64,000 nt of DNA from the NCBI GenBank assembly GCA_002269645.1, contig NIVC01001777.1:91429-155428 (forward strand). The letters run 5' to 3'. This DNA comes from Macrostomum lignano. Taxonomy: Eukaryota. Numbering within the stretch: position 1 is the stretch's first letter; each line of letters starts with the position of its first letter. Shown piece by piece: positions 9,059 to 22,015 of the stretch. Position numbers and translations under genes: made by a program. Below the pieces are notes generated by a model. The model had not been told where the DNA came from, made no database searches, and saw only the letters and a list, made by a program, of their open reading frames with translations.

Positions 9059-11080
9059 CCCTTAGTCCCTGTCTTCCAACCTGTTTCAGTGTACCTAGTT
9101 CTTTGATAAATAAACGGTCAGTGCATCCGTCTTCGCTCACTTGGTTTTAACAAACTTCACGACAGTCTTGCCGCGCCCGACAGTCTGCTCGCTGGCCCGC
9201 ATAATCTGCACCATGCCGTTGCCAGCGCCAATTAGGAAGTCGCCGGTCTCCAACAGGGCGAGCGCCGTGACGCCAAGAGAAAATTTCTCTTTCTCCGGGC
9301 CGATGCTCTGGAACAGTCGGCTCTCCATGTTGATGCCAAGCACGTCGCCAGTGGTAGTGCCGCAGAACAGGGTTCGGTCATCCGAGGTCAACGCCAAACA
9401 GGTGATGATTCGTTTGGTCTGGCCCGTGCCAACCTCCGTGGGACGAATTTTTCGATTCTCTACGTCCAGCTCCCAGACGCGGATGTTGTTTCTGGGTCAA
9501 AGGGAGATGGTCTGTTTAGTTATGTACGGCGGTGATGAGGTAGGGAGCGAGTGGTAAAGCGTTCAATTGTCCCGCGTTCCATTTCCAGAGTTAAAATAAA
9601 GTGGCGCCAAATTAAGTGTGTCTGAGTGGCGCAAAACTAAATGTGTCTCAGTGGCGCCAAACTAAATTCCTGGGTGGCGCCAAAATAAGTGTCTAAGTGG
9701 CGCCAAACTAAATGTGTCTGAGTGGCGCCAAACTAAATGTGTCTGAGTGGCGCCAAACTAAATTCCTGGGTGGCGCCAAAATAAGTGTCTGAGTGGCGCC
9801 AAACTAAATGTGTCTGAGTGGCACCAAACTAAATGTGTCTGAGTGGCACCAAACTAAACGTGTCTGAGTGGCGCCAAACTAAATGTCTCTGAGTGATGCC
9901 AACTCTGAGAGGGGGCAAAAGTTATAGTGTAAAAACGCTAGATTAAGCTTAAAAAGTACATGCAATATACGAGCTACATAAACCGGTAACAGTGCTAAGC
10001 AACTCACTCGCCAGCGGTGACAAACAGATAGTCGGAATTGTGAGCATACGCCAGGCAGCGGGTGTTGCCGGCGCTCTTACTCTGAGCAGGACTACCGCAG
10101 ATGGCCTCCTTCTTAGCCAGCGACCAGATTACAACGCTGCAGGTATGTTAGAGTTTTTCTGTGCTCAATTTCATAAATTTTGAAGGATCGAGAAAAACTT
10201 GTCTTTTTTACCTGCCATCGTCTTGACCACCAAGTGAGGCCAGAAATTTTTCGTTTGGCGAAAATGCCAAGCCTTGAATTTTCACTTTGTGTAGAACGAA
10301 TCGGGCGTACTCTTGGCGACTCTCGAAATCCCAGACTATGATGTCAGCCTGAATTGATTTTGCATTTTTGTTTGTATATTGTAATTATAGTCTTATTTGA
10401 TTTTAAACTATAACTCACAAAAAATAATGCATTTAAATATTCCAACCTTAAATCCCATGTGGGTGATCTGGCCGCTGGCAATAAATCGTCCACTTTTTGA
10501 GATTGTAATGCAAGCGATGTCGCTATGGTGCCCATGAAGAAAGCATTGCTTGCTTGACTGTATTTCTTCGATGACTAAAGTGGAGCCGATTGAGTACACC
10601 AGGTGTTGCTTGTCTGGATGTACATTAAAGCTGCCTTGAAAGCTGCCTGAAAATGAGATCAAAGCGGTTTATTCTTTTTTTCAATACAAACTATAACTGC
10701 GTAAGAAATGCTAAAGTATTTCCGTTTCTGTGACTTTTTGTATTGATTTTAATCGTATTTTTAGAATTTTAATTTTAGATCTTTATAACTTATAAGTCGC
10801 CTGAAGCTTAGTATTGTGATACTGATATAAGACTTGTATTGGAAATATTTAATTTGGCCAAATTTTACTACAGCTACTACAGAAAAAATTGCTGACTCTA
10901 AATTTACAAAGTATTATATGATATTTTTACAACTTCCAATAATAGCAGTAATGATGTAGCGTTTCAATTTAATTTGTCAATTTATGGGCCATACAGTTGT
11001 TGTTTACCATTAAAACCGATTATTCCTTGAACTTCAAGTCTCTCGAAGTCGGTATCCTCCTGTTGCTGCTCATGCGCCAT
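8515..11080 (-). CDS. CFAP52: Cilia- and flagella-associated protein 52 (WDR16), exons 1-6; 3' exons outside window
   Basis: GT-AG exons with consistent phases: 11080-11008, 10646-10447, 10348-10212, 10136-10008, 9491-9141, 8688-8515. Translation [25 protein letters not shown]...[12 protein letters not shown]...[17 protein letters not shown]...[13 protein letters not shown]...AICGSPA...NIRVWELD...GTTTGD...KFSLGV...LSLRGKGH...TCH...AFP follows the known WDR16/CFAP52 sequence collinearly. Confidence 0.93.
8708..9058 (+). repeat. (TGTC)n microsatellite with CTTAGTG interruptions (reverse complement of 7843-8410)
   Basis: Read directly; in the intron upstream of CFAP52 exon 6. Confidence 0.97.
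9600..9905. repeat. ~22-26-bp minisatellite (GTGGCGCCAAACTAAATGTGTCTGA)
   Basis: About 12 variant copies in CFAP52 intron 4. Confidence 0.9.
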
Positions 11081-12009
11081 TTCTATTCGACCACTATATT
11101 GTATTTTTTAGCATATATATAAAATCAGGCGACAGGCGTATTGTGGAAAAATATACACTAACGTTCTTTTTTGAAGCCACCATCTATAGTGTTGCTATGA
11201 AAACAAGATGTTAAAACAAATAAAAACTGTTATGAAAACAACCAACCACAGTTTCCTCAAAAAATGGTAAAACTTATTGTCATTTCTGTATAGTTACTTT
11301 TTAAAATTAGAATAAAAATAACACAGTATATAAGAAGGGCTTTTTGTTCATCAGCGAACAAAGTCATCGATTTACATCTTTAAGTCACAATAACACAGTG
11401 ATTAGTATAGGCCTAGCCGAACCTTACAGAGGCTCTATCCTCTATCTCTTCCAACAGTATTTTAGTGCATTGTGAAGTTTCGATTTTTCGATGGAATAAA
11501 GAAAGCTGCATATGTTGAGACTATGCTATACAGTCTGACTCACTGACTGCCAGACTCGTTGCTCATTTTCATTTGTGAATTTTACAACAGGTTATAGGAC
11601 AGTGTAGTTAGGGCCTAGTGTAGCACACTTTGACTTTGCAACATGCAAATATTTTACATTTAATACTGTGCCTACATTGTTTTTTATATTGATCCACTTC
11701 CAATTCAATTTTTTCATCACAAAAGTTACTTAATAGTAAATACTATACATGACATAGTCATTAGCCAGCATGACTGCCAAATAATATTGCTACATTTTAA
11801 ATCAAATGCAAATAGGCCTAAGGCTTAAAAAATTAGAAAAATTGATTATAAGACTACACTTAAACTGTATCCACTTTTTTAGCATAGATTTCAAAATTCA
11901 AGGTACATAGCAAGCATAGGATATAGGCTAGATATATTCTACATACAAAAAAACCTAGCTTTCTATATCTATAAAAATATTTTTATGTCTATTAAAATGT
12001 ATGTTTATA

Positions 12010-12550
12010 CAAATTTCCTATAGAAAAGTTTTCCTATTAAGGTTTGCTTGCATAAACTTTTTCCGCAATGAAGTTTTCTTGCATATGTTTTTCCTATATG
12101 CTATAGGCTATAGCCTAGCAAGGTTTTCCTAATAATATTATCTTACTAAGATTTCCTTGCTAAGATTTTTCCATAATGAGGTTTTTCTACAAAAGTTTTT
12201 CTATACATGAGGTTTTTACAAGGTTTTTCTAGTTAGAATTTTAAGTCAAATTCAATTTGATTTGAAATCTAGTCTAATCTAATTCTAATCTAGTCTAGGG
12301 CCTAGTTTATGTCTAATCTAGCCTATGCCCTAGCCTATTCTAGATTAGTGTAGGCTAGTTTTAATCTAGTCCAGCATTATTTAGACTAGATTTTACTTGA
12401 AATTCTAATTAGAAAAACCCTGCAAAAATCTTAGTAGGTAAGGCTTAGTAAGAAACCCTCCAGTGGAAAAACCTTGCTTTAAAAAAACCTCACTATAAGA
12501 AAAGCTTGTTTGGGCAAAACTTGGCAAGAAAACTTCCTGCAGGAAATCCT
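12010..12550. repeat. Degenerate foldback (inverted repeat with A/T-rich subrepeats)
   Basis: 12221-12278 (AGGTTTTTCTAGTTAGAATTTTAAGT...AAATCTAGTCTAAT) is the approximate reverse complement of 12379-12421. Outer arms are GGTTTTTC-type versus GAAAAACC-type subrepeats. Confidence 0.6.
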
Positions 12551-14129
12551 TGTGCTTCTAATAATATATTTATCATTTATATAATAGGTTGGCATATCAA
12601 TTTCAATTAGATTTTAGTATAGCCTATAAGTTTATAAAACAAGTTGAATATCTAATTCTATACCCTTTTTTATAGTGTAATACATCATTAACAAATCTAT
12701 TTTAAGGTATCATATAATAAAAACAAATTAATAATAATAGTGACTACAATATACAAATAACTAAGCAAAATAGCCAAAAGTCAATATTTTAAAATAATTA
12801 GAAACAAGTAAACATTTGACAAAGGCAAATATTTTTATTAACTATTGAAATATTCCTAAATAAAACATATATCATGTGTATAAACTCACATATGCAATTG
12901 ACTTGATTTATATTAGGCCTAGCCATGCAATTTACTTTTTGACCAAAAAAGAGAATTTAACTGAGAAAGGTAACAAACAAAGCTAATGGTAAAATTAACA
13001 ATTTTAGAATAATAATAAGAATTATAATAGTAAGAACTATATTATTGCAAGGCTAAAGCCTTTATATCTAGTTAGTACTATATCTATATTTTTTTCAATT
13101 AAGCCTTTTTATTTTATAATTAAAATGTTAATGTCAGATTTAACATTTCAAATGTTCTAAATATGAAAAAGTAATCAACAACGCTTGGTCTATTGTTGTG
13201 GAATAGCAAAGAGGCTTGCTAGCTTGCCCTAACTTTTCTAGACAATTGCCTAACAAAGGGCCTATTAAACATTTATAATAGTATGTCCTATAGACAAATA
13301 TTTGCCAAATCAAGATCCCTTGATAGTCCTAGAAGAAATAGCCCAAGATCTTGCCAGTTGACTCAGACTGCTTGAACTTGTAGGAGGGGACCTTCTCTAA
13401 GGCATTGTTACTCCATAATGAGTCTTATGTAGACTTAGGGTCATATAGTGATAGATCTAGCACTTAGCTATAGTTATGATTTGTTTCTTTAATCTATCCA
13501 AAGCAATCTGATTATAGAGCTAAAGTGTGAAGTAGCAAGAGCTAAGCTAGTTCTGCTTGTGATCTTATAAAGCATTTGGGATATTCTCTTATATGTCTTA
13601 TATCTCTTATATATCTCTCTTATTCACTGACCTATATGAGATATTCCACAGTGTATGCAATTATGGCCACTAGATTTAGCAATCCTTATCAAGGAGCTTA
13701 ACAACAATCAATTTTTTCTCCTATTTAGGGCCAATAGCCAGCTATCAATTGTGGGGTTATCCTGAAGGAAGATGTAGAATATACAGACTTGATCTCCTCT
13801 TTCATGACTATTGGCTCTAGCCTTTTTGGTGAAAATTTAATGTAGACTCAGTTTTCATATTTTTTCATTAGCTAATAATGCAAAAGGGGCTAAAATGCAA
13901 TTTGTGCAAAAATATACTTTAGGCTTACATTTCCATTATATACTGCCTAAAACTCTTGTTTTAAATGATTTTGAATTTCAGAGGAAAAACTCAACTAAAA
14001 TTTTGTTGATACAAGCATATTTTCATAGAAAAACTCCTTAATTGCTACTAATAAGGTACACAAGTAGCTAACCTAGAAGGTTAGCATCAATTCAGCCTTT
14101 GTCAGTCTCTGCTAAATCATAATTAATAT

Positions 14130-17100
14130 ATGGAACTACGCGTTGGCAACAGATACCGGCTGGGTAGAAAGATTGGCAGCGGCTCATTTGGCGACATCTA
14201 CTTGGGCACTGATATTACTAATGGGGAGGAGGTTGCTATTAAGCTGGAGTGCGTGCGCACTAAGCATCCTCAGCTGCATATTGAGAGCAAAATCTACAAG
14301 CTCATGCAAGGCGGAGTTGGCGTGCCCATTGTGAAATGGTGTGGCACAGAAGGTGACTACAATGTGATGGTGCTTGAGCTGCTAGGCCCCAGTCTTGAAG
14401 ATTTGTTTAACTTTTGTGGTAGAAAATTTAAACTGAAGACTGTACTGTTGTTGGCCGATCAGCTGTTGAATCGAATTGAATTTATTCACAGCAAGAACTT
14501 CATTCACAGGTGAGAAATTCTGCTAAGTGATGGTTTTCATTATTGATATTCTCTTTATGTTTGTTGAAGTTCCACAATTTGGGATCAGAATCCCAGGTTA
14601 GGATCAGAATCACAGTTTGGGATCAGAATCACAGTTTGGGATCAGAATTCCAGTTTAGGATCAGAATCCTAGTTTAGGATCAGAATCACAGTTTAGGATC
14701 CGAATCCCAGTTTAGGATCAGAATCCCAGGTTAGGTCTAGGATCAGAATCCCAGGTTAGGTCTAGGATCAGAATCCCAGTTTGGGATCAGAATCATAGGG
14801 AATCTTGGGATCAGAATCCTACTCAGTTCGGTATCAAAATCCTAGTTTGGGATCAGAGAATCCCTGTTTGGGATCAGAATTCCTTTGAGACGCCACTGTT
14901 TAGAAATGAATTCCAAGCTCCCTTAGGAATGAATTTCGTTTTACCTTTTTCTTGAGTTCAAATTCCTAGGTACCATATGTAGCTGATCTCGAGAATATAA
15001 AAATCAGACAATTTACTTATTTTGTCACTCGCAGAGACGTTAAGCCGGACAACTTCCTTATGGGCCTCGGTAAGAAAGGCAATCTGGTGTACATCATCGA
15101 CTTTGGTTTGGCCAAGAAGTACAGAGACGCCAGGACTCACCAGCACATTCCATACAGGGAGAATAAGAACCTCACTGGGACTGCCAGATATGCTAGCGTT
15201 AACACCCATCTTGGCATTGGTGAGTGTGTCCGATTAATTTCACTCCAAAATCTAGTAGTCTCACCCGAAATCTCACTCCAAAATCTAGTAGTCTCACCCG
15301 AAATCTCACTCCAAAATCTAGTAGTCCCACCCGAAATCTCACTCCAAAGTCTAGTAGTCTCACCCGAAATCTCACTTCAAAATCTAGTAGTCTCACCTGA
15401 AACCTCACTCCAAAATCTAGTAGTCTCACCCGAAATCTCACTCCAAAATCTAGTCTCTCACCCCAGAATCTAGTGGTCTCTCACTTGATATCTCACTCCA
15501 AAATCTAGTGGTCTCTCCCGAGGTCTCCTGAGGTAGTGGTCCCCCGAGGTCTCACCTACCATAATACAACAGTCTCACCCGGAATCTCAACCACCATAAT
15601 TCAACAGTCTCACCCGAGGTCTCACCTACCATAATACAACAGTCTCATCCGGAATCTCACCCACCATAATCCAACAGTCTCACCCGGAATCTCACCAACC
15701 ATAATCCAACAGTCTCATCCGGAATCTCACCCACCATAATCCAACAGTCTCACCCGGAATCTCACCCACCATAATCCAACAGTCTCACCCGGAATCTCAC
15801 CCACCATAATCCAACAGTCTCACCCGGAATCTCACCCACCATAATCCAACAGTCTCCCCCGGAATCTCACCCACCATAATCCAACAGTCTCACCCGGAAT
15901 CTCACCCACCATAATCCAACAGTCTCCCCCGGAATCTCACCCACCATAATCCAACAGTCTCATTCGGAATCTCACCCACCATAATCCAACAGTCTCATTC
16001 GGAATCTCACCCACCATAATACAACAGTCTCACCCGAGGTCTCACCCACCATAATACAACAGTCTCACCCGAAATCTCACCCCATTCACAGAGCAAGCCC
16101 GCCGAGACGACATGGAGTCCCTAGGCTACGTGTTCATGTACTTCCTGCGCGGTATCCTACCCTGGCAGGGTCTGAAAGCCGCTACAAAGCGTCAAAAGTA
16201 CGAGCGGATTAGCGAGAAAAAGATGCAAACCCCAGTTGAAACTCTGTGCCAGAATTATCAGGCAGAGTTTGCCACCTATTTGAATTATTGTCGATCTCTG
16301 CGATTCGAAGATAAGCCAGATTATAGCTACTCTAGACAGCTGTTTAGGAATCTGTTCCATCGAGAGGGATTCACTTACGATTACGTGTTCGATTGGAATA
16401 TGCTCAAGTTCGGACAGCCTGCGGCGGCGGCCATCGGAGGCCAAGGATCCGGTGCTCCAGGTGCAACAGCCAACTCTGCTCAGGCTGTAGGAGGTAAGTC
16501 AGAATTATTAAATGAGTCTGCTCAGTTTGTTTATCTTACTAAATTACTAAACTTTGTAATCTCATGTCTACTTGAGGATTTGTTTTAACAACATTTTGAT
16601 TGGGTCTCGCAGTGATCCACTGAAGAGCCATGACTCATAGGGGTAGTGGGGTGACCCACTGAAGGGTCATAGGGTAGTGGGGTGACCCACTGAAGGGTCA
16701 TGACTCATTGGGTTGGTGGGGTGACGCACTGAAAGACCATGACTAATGCGGTGACCCACTAAAGGGCCATGACTCATGGGGTGACCTACTAAAGGGCCAT
16801 GACTCATGGGGTGACCTACTAAAGGGCCATGACTCATGGGGTGACCTACTAAAGGGCCATGACTCATGGGGTGACCTACTAAAGGGCCATGACTCATGGG
16901 GTGACCTACTAAAGGGCCATGACTCATAGGGTAGCGGGCGACCCACAGAAACCCATGACTCATGAGGTAGCGGGTGACCCACTGAAGGGTCATGACTCAT
17001 GGGGTAATGGGGTGACCCACTGAAGGGTCATGACTCATGGGGTAATGGGGTGACCCACTGAAGGGTTATGACTCATGGTAATGGGGTGACCCACTGAAGG

Positions 17101-17711
17101 GTCATGACTCATGGGGTGACCCACTGAAGGGTTATGACTCAAGGAAGTGGTGACGTACTTAAAACTGCGAGCGTATTGTATTGAATTTAACCCGACTTAA
17201 AAGATTTGTTGAAATAAAACAATGCGACTACTTTTCGTTTAACTGCTTAATTCTATTCAAATCAATTAATGACTGATAAAATGCATATTTAAATAAAAGT
17301 TAGTTTCGTCAATCGCCTACTTCCAGTAGCGAAAACAGTACATGTAGTTAAATTTGAAAGTTACCAAAAGATTTCCATCTGCGATCTTCAATAGGCTTCT
17401 CTCCCCAGCAGCAGCAGCAGCAAGCTGCCCACCGCCACTCTTTAGCCGGTCCCTCTGCCGCTGCTGCTGCTACTGCTAATTTTTACTCCAACGCCGGCGG
17501 AGTAAGGAATGTTTATCGACCTTTGCCGCCGCTGCCGCTGCAGCAGCAGCAACAGTATGGTCAGAACTATCTCGACTACGAAGTCCGGCGCCAATTGCGC
17601 GCCAGCGCCGCGCCGCCGCCTCCGCTGTCAGGCGCGCTGGCGCCAGACTCGATCCCGCCTCCCGGCATGTACATGGCTGGCGGCGGCTTCGGTGGAACGC
17701 CAATCTCGTGA
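14130..17711 (+). CDS. CSNK1D: Casein kinase 1 delta/epsilon, isoform with proximal last exon
   Basis: Exons 14130-14509, 15035-15219, 16092-16493, 17395-17711, all GT-AG and in phase. Motifs [79 protein letters not shown] match CK1delta/epsilon. Delta versus epsilon cannot be resolved. Confidence 0.93.
14575..14880. repeat. 19-bp minisatellite in CK1 intron 1
   Basis: Unit ~TTGGGATCAGAATCACAGT. Confidence 0.9.
15237..16082. repeat. Adjacent 33-bp and 35-bp related minisatellites filling CK1 intron 2
   Basis: Units AATCTCACTCCAAAATCTAGTAGTCTCACCCGA and GTCTCACCCGGAATCTCACCCACCATAATCCAACA. Confidence 0.92.
16605..17150. repeat. ~30-bp minisatellite in CK1 intron 3
   Basis: Unit ~GGGCCATGACTCATGGGGTGACCTACTAAA. 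Confidence 0.9.
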
Positions 17712-17944
17712 CAGTTTTAAAAATCCTATAGACATCCAGCAGTTCGCCCGTCTTTCTTGGCATATATTGGCCGTTTTAATATCAAACACTTGAACAGTGT
17801 GATTTTCTATTATTATTGCTCGTTGCAATATCTCCGTATGTATGTATCCTGTGTTTTTTTAATTCCAAAAATTGAGCTTGCTAATGGTGCGTCAACAAGT
17901 CAGTAATATTTATTGATCTGAAACTTTTGTTCGCCTAATTTACA

Positions 17945-18385
17945 GATCAAAATCCCAGATTTCAAATCTCAAATCCCAGATCCTAATCCTGAATCCCATA
18001 TTCCAAATCCCAAATTTCAAATCCCAAATTTCGAATCCCAAATCCCAAATCCCAGATCCCAAATCCCAGATCCCAAATCCCAGATCCCAAATCTCAGATC
18101 ATAAATCCCAGATCCCAAATGCCAGATCCCAGATCCCAAATGCCAGATCCCAAATGCTAGATCCCAAATGCCAGATCCCAAATGCTAGATCCCAAATGCC
18201 AGATCCCAAATGCTAGATCCTAAATGCCAGATCCCAAATCCCAGATCACAAATCCCAGGTCCCAAATACCAGATCACAAATCCCAGGTCCCAAATACCAG
18301 ATCACAAATCCCAGGTCCCAAATACCAGATCACAAATCCCAAGTCCCAAATACCAGATCACAAATCCCAGGTCCCAAATACCAGA
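17945..18385. repeat. 7/14/28-bp minisatellite (AATCCCAGATCCCA family)
   Basis: Read directly. Confidence 0.9.
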
Positions 18386-18828
18386 CTCCAGATCTGCCAA
18401 CCAGACCGTTAAGATACTCATTGTTGATCCACAATCTCCAGTCGTAGCACAAACAGGGCAGTTATTGCAAATAAGCTGCAGTCAATAACAGAGTTAGCCG
18501 TGGCAGTAAATCGATTATAGTTGCACTTTAAACAATAACAAATCAATTGTTTGCTGTTCGGGACAATATGTTTGATTTTTAAAATAAGTTTTTTAAATCC
18601 CTCCGCCTGTGAATAGAAAATAATGCGACATGTGAGAACAGTGTGTTATTAGCAATAATAATAATATATTGTATTTAATATTGCTCTGACTAGAGCTGAG
18701 TGAAAGACAACCGATTGAATAATTATTTCCTAGTAAACTTTTTTACTGTTTCTAAATGTAGTCTATTTCTATAAATCATATAATATAATCGATTTATAAT
18801 GCAATCACTCAAAAACTTCATTATCCAG

Positions 18829-19073
18829 CATCCGCTCGACTATCGAAAGCGCATCATCGAGGCAACAGCTCGGCAGCTCAGGATCTCCAGCAGCCTCAGC
18901 CGCATCATCAGCTGCACTATAATAGTCCGCAGTATCAACCGAATCTTCAACAGCACAGGCCAATGATGATAGATGTCAGGTATCAGCAACAGCAGCAGCA
19001 GCCGCTTCTGCAACAAGCCAGCAGCAGAGGTCAGGGTCGAGCTATGGCGTCAACTCTGCCTAATAGAAAGTGA
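18829..19073 (+). CDS. Candidate alternative last exon of CK1 (Gln/His-rich tail)
   Basis: Acceptor TTATCCAG. Phase 1 matches the exon-3 donor at 16493. Stop-free 81 codons (ASARLSKAHHRGNSS...QQQQQQPLLQQ...LPNRK*) with CAG-rich composition inside AT-rich flanks. Confidence 0.6.
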
Positions 19074-19104
19074 AAAATAGAGACAGAGAGAACTTTGATA
19101 ATAA

Positions 19105-20133
19105 GATAATCGCCCTCCAATCCCTCTTTGAGAATCGCCCTCCAATCCCTCTTTGAGAATCGCCCTCCAATCCCTCTTTGAGAATCGCCCTCCAATCTCT
19201 CTGAGAATCGCCCTCCAATCCCTCTTTGAGAATCGCCCTCCAATCCCTCTTTGAAAATCGCCCTCCAATCTCTCTTTGAGAATCGCCCTCCAATCTCTCT
19301 GAGAATCGCCCTCCAATCTCTCTTTGAGAATCGCCCTCCAATCTCTCTTTGAGAATCGCCCTCCAATCTCTCTTTGAGAATCGCCGTCCAATCCCTCTGA
19401 GAATCGCCCTCCAATCCCTCTTTGAGAATCGCCCTCCAATCTCTCTTTGAGAATCGCCCTCCAATCCCTCTGAGAATCGCCCTCCAATCTCTCTTTGAGA
19501 ATCGCCCTCTAATCCCTCTGAGAATCGCCCTCCAATCTCTCTGAGAATCGCCCTCTAATCCCTCTGAGAATCGCCCTCCAATCTCTCTGAGAATCGCCCT
19601 CCAATCTCTCTTTGAGAATAGCCCTCTAATCCCTCTGAGAATCGCCCTCCAATCTCTCTTTGAGAATCGCCCTCCAATCCCTCTTTGAGAATCGCCCTCC
19701 AATCCCTCTGAGAGTCGGCCTCCAATCTCTCTGAGAATCGCCCTCCAATCTCTCTGAGAATCGCCCTCCAATCCCACTTTGAGAATCGCCCTCCAATCTC
19801 TTTGAGAATCGCCCTCCAATCTCTCTTTGAGAATCGCCCTCCAATCTCTCTTTGAGAATCGCCCTCCAATCTCTCTTTGAGAATCGCCCTCCAATCCCAC
19901 TTTGAGAATCGCCCTCCAATCTCTCTTTGAGAATCGCCCTCCAATCCCACTTTGAGAATCGCCCTCTAATCTCTCTTTGAGAATCGCCCTCCAATCTCTC
20001 TTTGAGAATCGCCCTCCAATCTCTCTTTGAGAATCGCCCTCCAATCTCTCTGAGAATCGCCCTCCAATCTCTCTTTGAGAATAGCCCTCTAATCCCTCTG
20101 AGAATCGCCCTCCAATCTCTCTTTGAGAATCGC
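19105..20133. repeat. 23-25-bp minisatellite
   Basis: Unit GAGAATCGCCCTCCAATCTCTCTTT, ~40 copies. Explains the ORFs called at 19031-20044. Confidence 0.95.
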
Positions 20134-21715
20134 CGTAAGCGAGTTAATGTTTTCAGAAAACTCGTGAAATTTTGCTACGATAGCAGATTACATCGTGTTA
20201 CTTACAGTAGTCAATGCACAGTTAATATTGTTGCTATTTGCAGTGTCAAATACTTGAATTGGGCACCGTTCGTGTGCCCTGATCTTTCTCATGCGCAGAA
20301 CTGCAGTCTTTCCGGTGTTTTTTCCTATCCTTTATTCTCTCTGCTGATACGGGCTTGTCACAGTGCGAAATAAAAATTTCATGAAGATGCAATTCAATAA
20401 AAAATCATTGCTGTTTACTTGTAAAAATTGTTTAGTTTATCATTTGTATCTCTTATTCTATTCTATTTCATGTCTTTTATGACATTAAACATTTTATCTA
20501 ACTCTATTATGTAACAGGTTTTTTTGGCGTCTGTGTGCACTTCTCTGTTGGCAAATAGTTTTACTATATTATCATGGTTAAACCAACACTTTTCTACAAA
20601 CTTGTGTACAGATTTTTCTGTGCAAGTATAAAAGTCTTAGTCCAGTTGCCTGACATACTACATACTACTACATACTCCATTTTTTTCCTTCAATTTGATC
20701 AATTGATCGCTTAATTGTTACAATACAATGCAATTTCAACTTCTTAACTGTGCGCATTTTGCTTTTTGTGTCCGTTAAAACCAAGAAGCAATTGGAATTG
20801 TATCTATTTATTTATTTGTTTATTGAAGAACAAACTATCCAGCTTTAATACGTTTTTGTTTGCGTACTTTTCTACTTATAGTAGCTTGTAACTGTTTTTG
20901 TTCCGGCACATATCTATCAAAAATAAAGGGGAATTTTTTGCCATGTTACGTTTTACACGTGCTTAGTATACTACTTTTTAGAGCAGTGGAGCATTGTGAC
21001 AGCGTACGTAACTAATTAATCCAAAAATCTGATTTGCAGAAGCTATTGCTATCTATTTGTTTACCGTGTTTAGCCTACCAAATATAATTTTTGTTTTGTT
21101 GTTTTCTGACAACTTATGCGTAAAGCGTTGTCGATTTTGATTTTGTTCGTCGTTATGATTGAAAAATGAAAACCAGCAGCTCTCTAAACTTCAAACTGTG
21201 CATCAACGAGGCGCAAAAAACTCAGTTAAATTGTATTATTTGCCTACCTAAAATTTTAATAATTTTAGAAAACAGTGGAACACGTTAGCCTGAGAATTTG
21301 CTGTGAGCATCGAACCAAGCGTATCATGCAGAGTTGATATTTTGAGGGGCTAAGATTTATAAGGCAGTGACGCAACCACTAGGGGGTGGCTGCCTCTCTT
21401 TAGGACTTACGTAGACTTAAGATTACGTATTAAAAATATTTCTTAAATTATTAAAAATATAAATTATTAAAATATTGAATCAAAAATATTCAATATTTAA
21501 ATTCAAGCGCGTATCAAGGTATCTTGCATGCAGTAGCGTACATGTACGTAGTAGCGTATTATATTCTTTGCATGGGGATACGAGCTGGGATATACTCCAT
21601 GTTTCGGTGTTTTTAATACTTTAATAAAGCAAGTTTCCGGGCATGTATGTCCCAGCCATAAGTCCAGGCTGTCATTTAAGTCAATTACACAAATCTCGTT
21701 AATTTCGTGTACCAT

Positions 21716-22015
21716 AAATATCTATTTATCGCGCGCACACTCGGGTTTTGTCGTTGGGGTGGCTTGGGTGGACTCGGTCCTATAGTAGCACCGTCCCTGA
21801 TTCCACTATGGGTTGGCGGTGTGTTAGTCCATAGGTTTGGGCTAGTAGCCCCAAGGTATTTCTACCAGGCCTTGTTCCTGGGGTCCCAATTTGGGCCGCT
21901 CGGGCTATATGCCTGGTAGATAGGGCCCCTGTTCTCTAGGGGCAGAGAGCCTTGGGCTGATCCGCGCGGGAGCCCCTATAGGCTACCCACCCTCATTAAC
22001 AACAAATATCTATTT
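21716..22015. mobile_element. ~276-bp GC-rich insertion with 12-bp target-site duplication (SINE or retro-element fragment?)
   Basis: AAATATCTATTT at 21716-21727 and 22004-22015 flanks a GC-rich insert ending in AACAAC. Family unknown. Confidence 0.55.
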
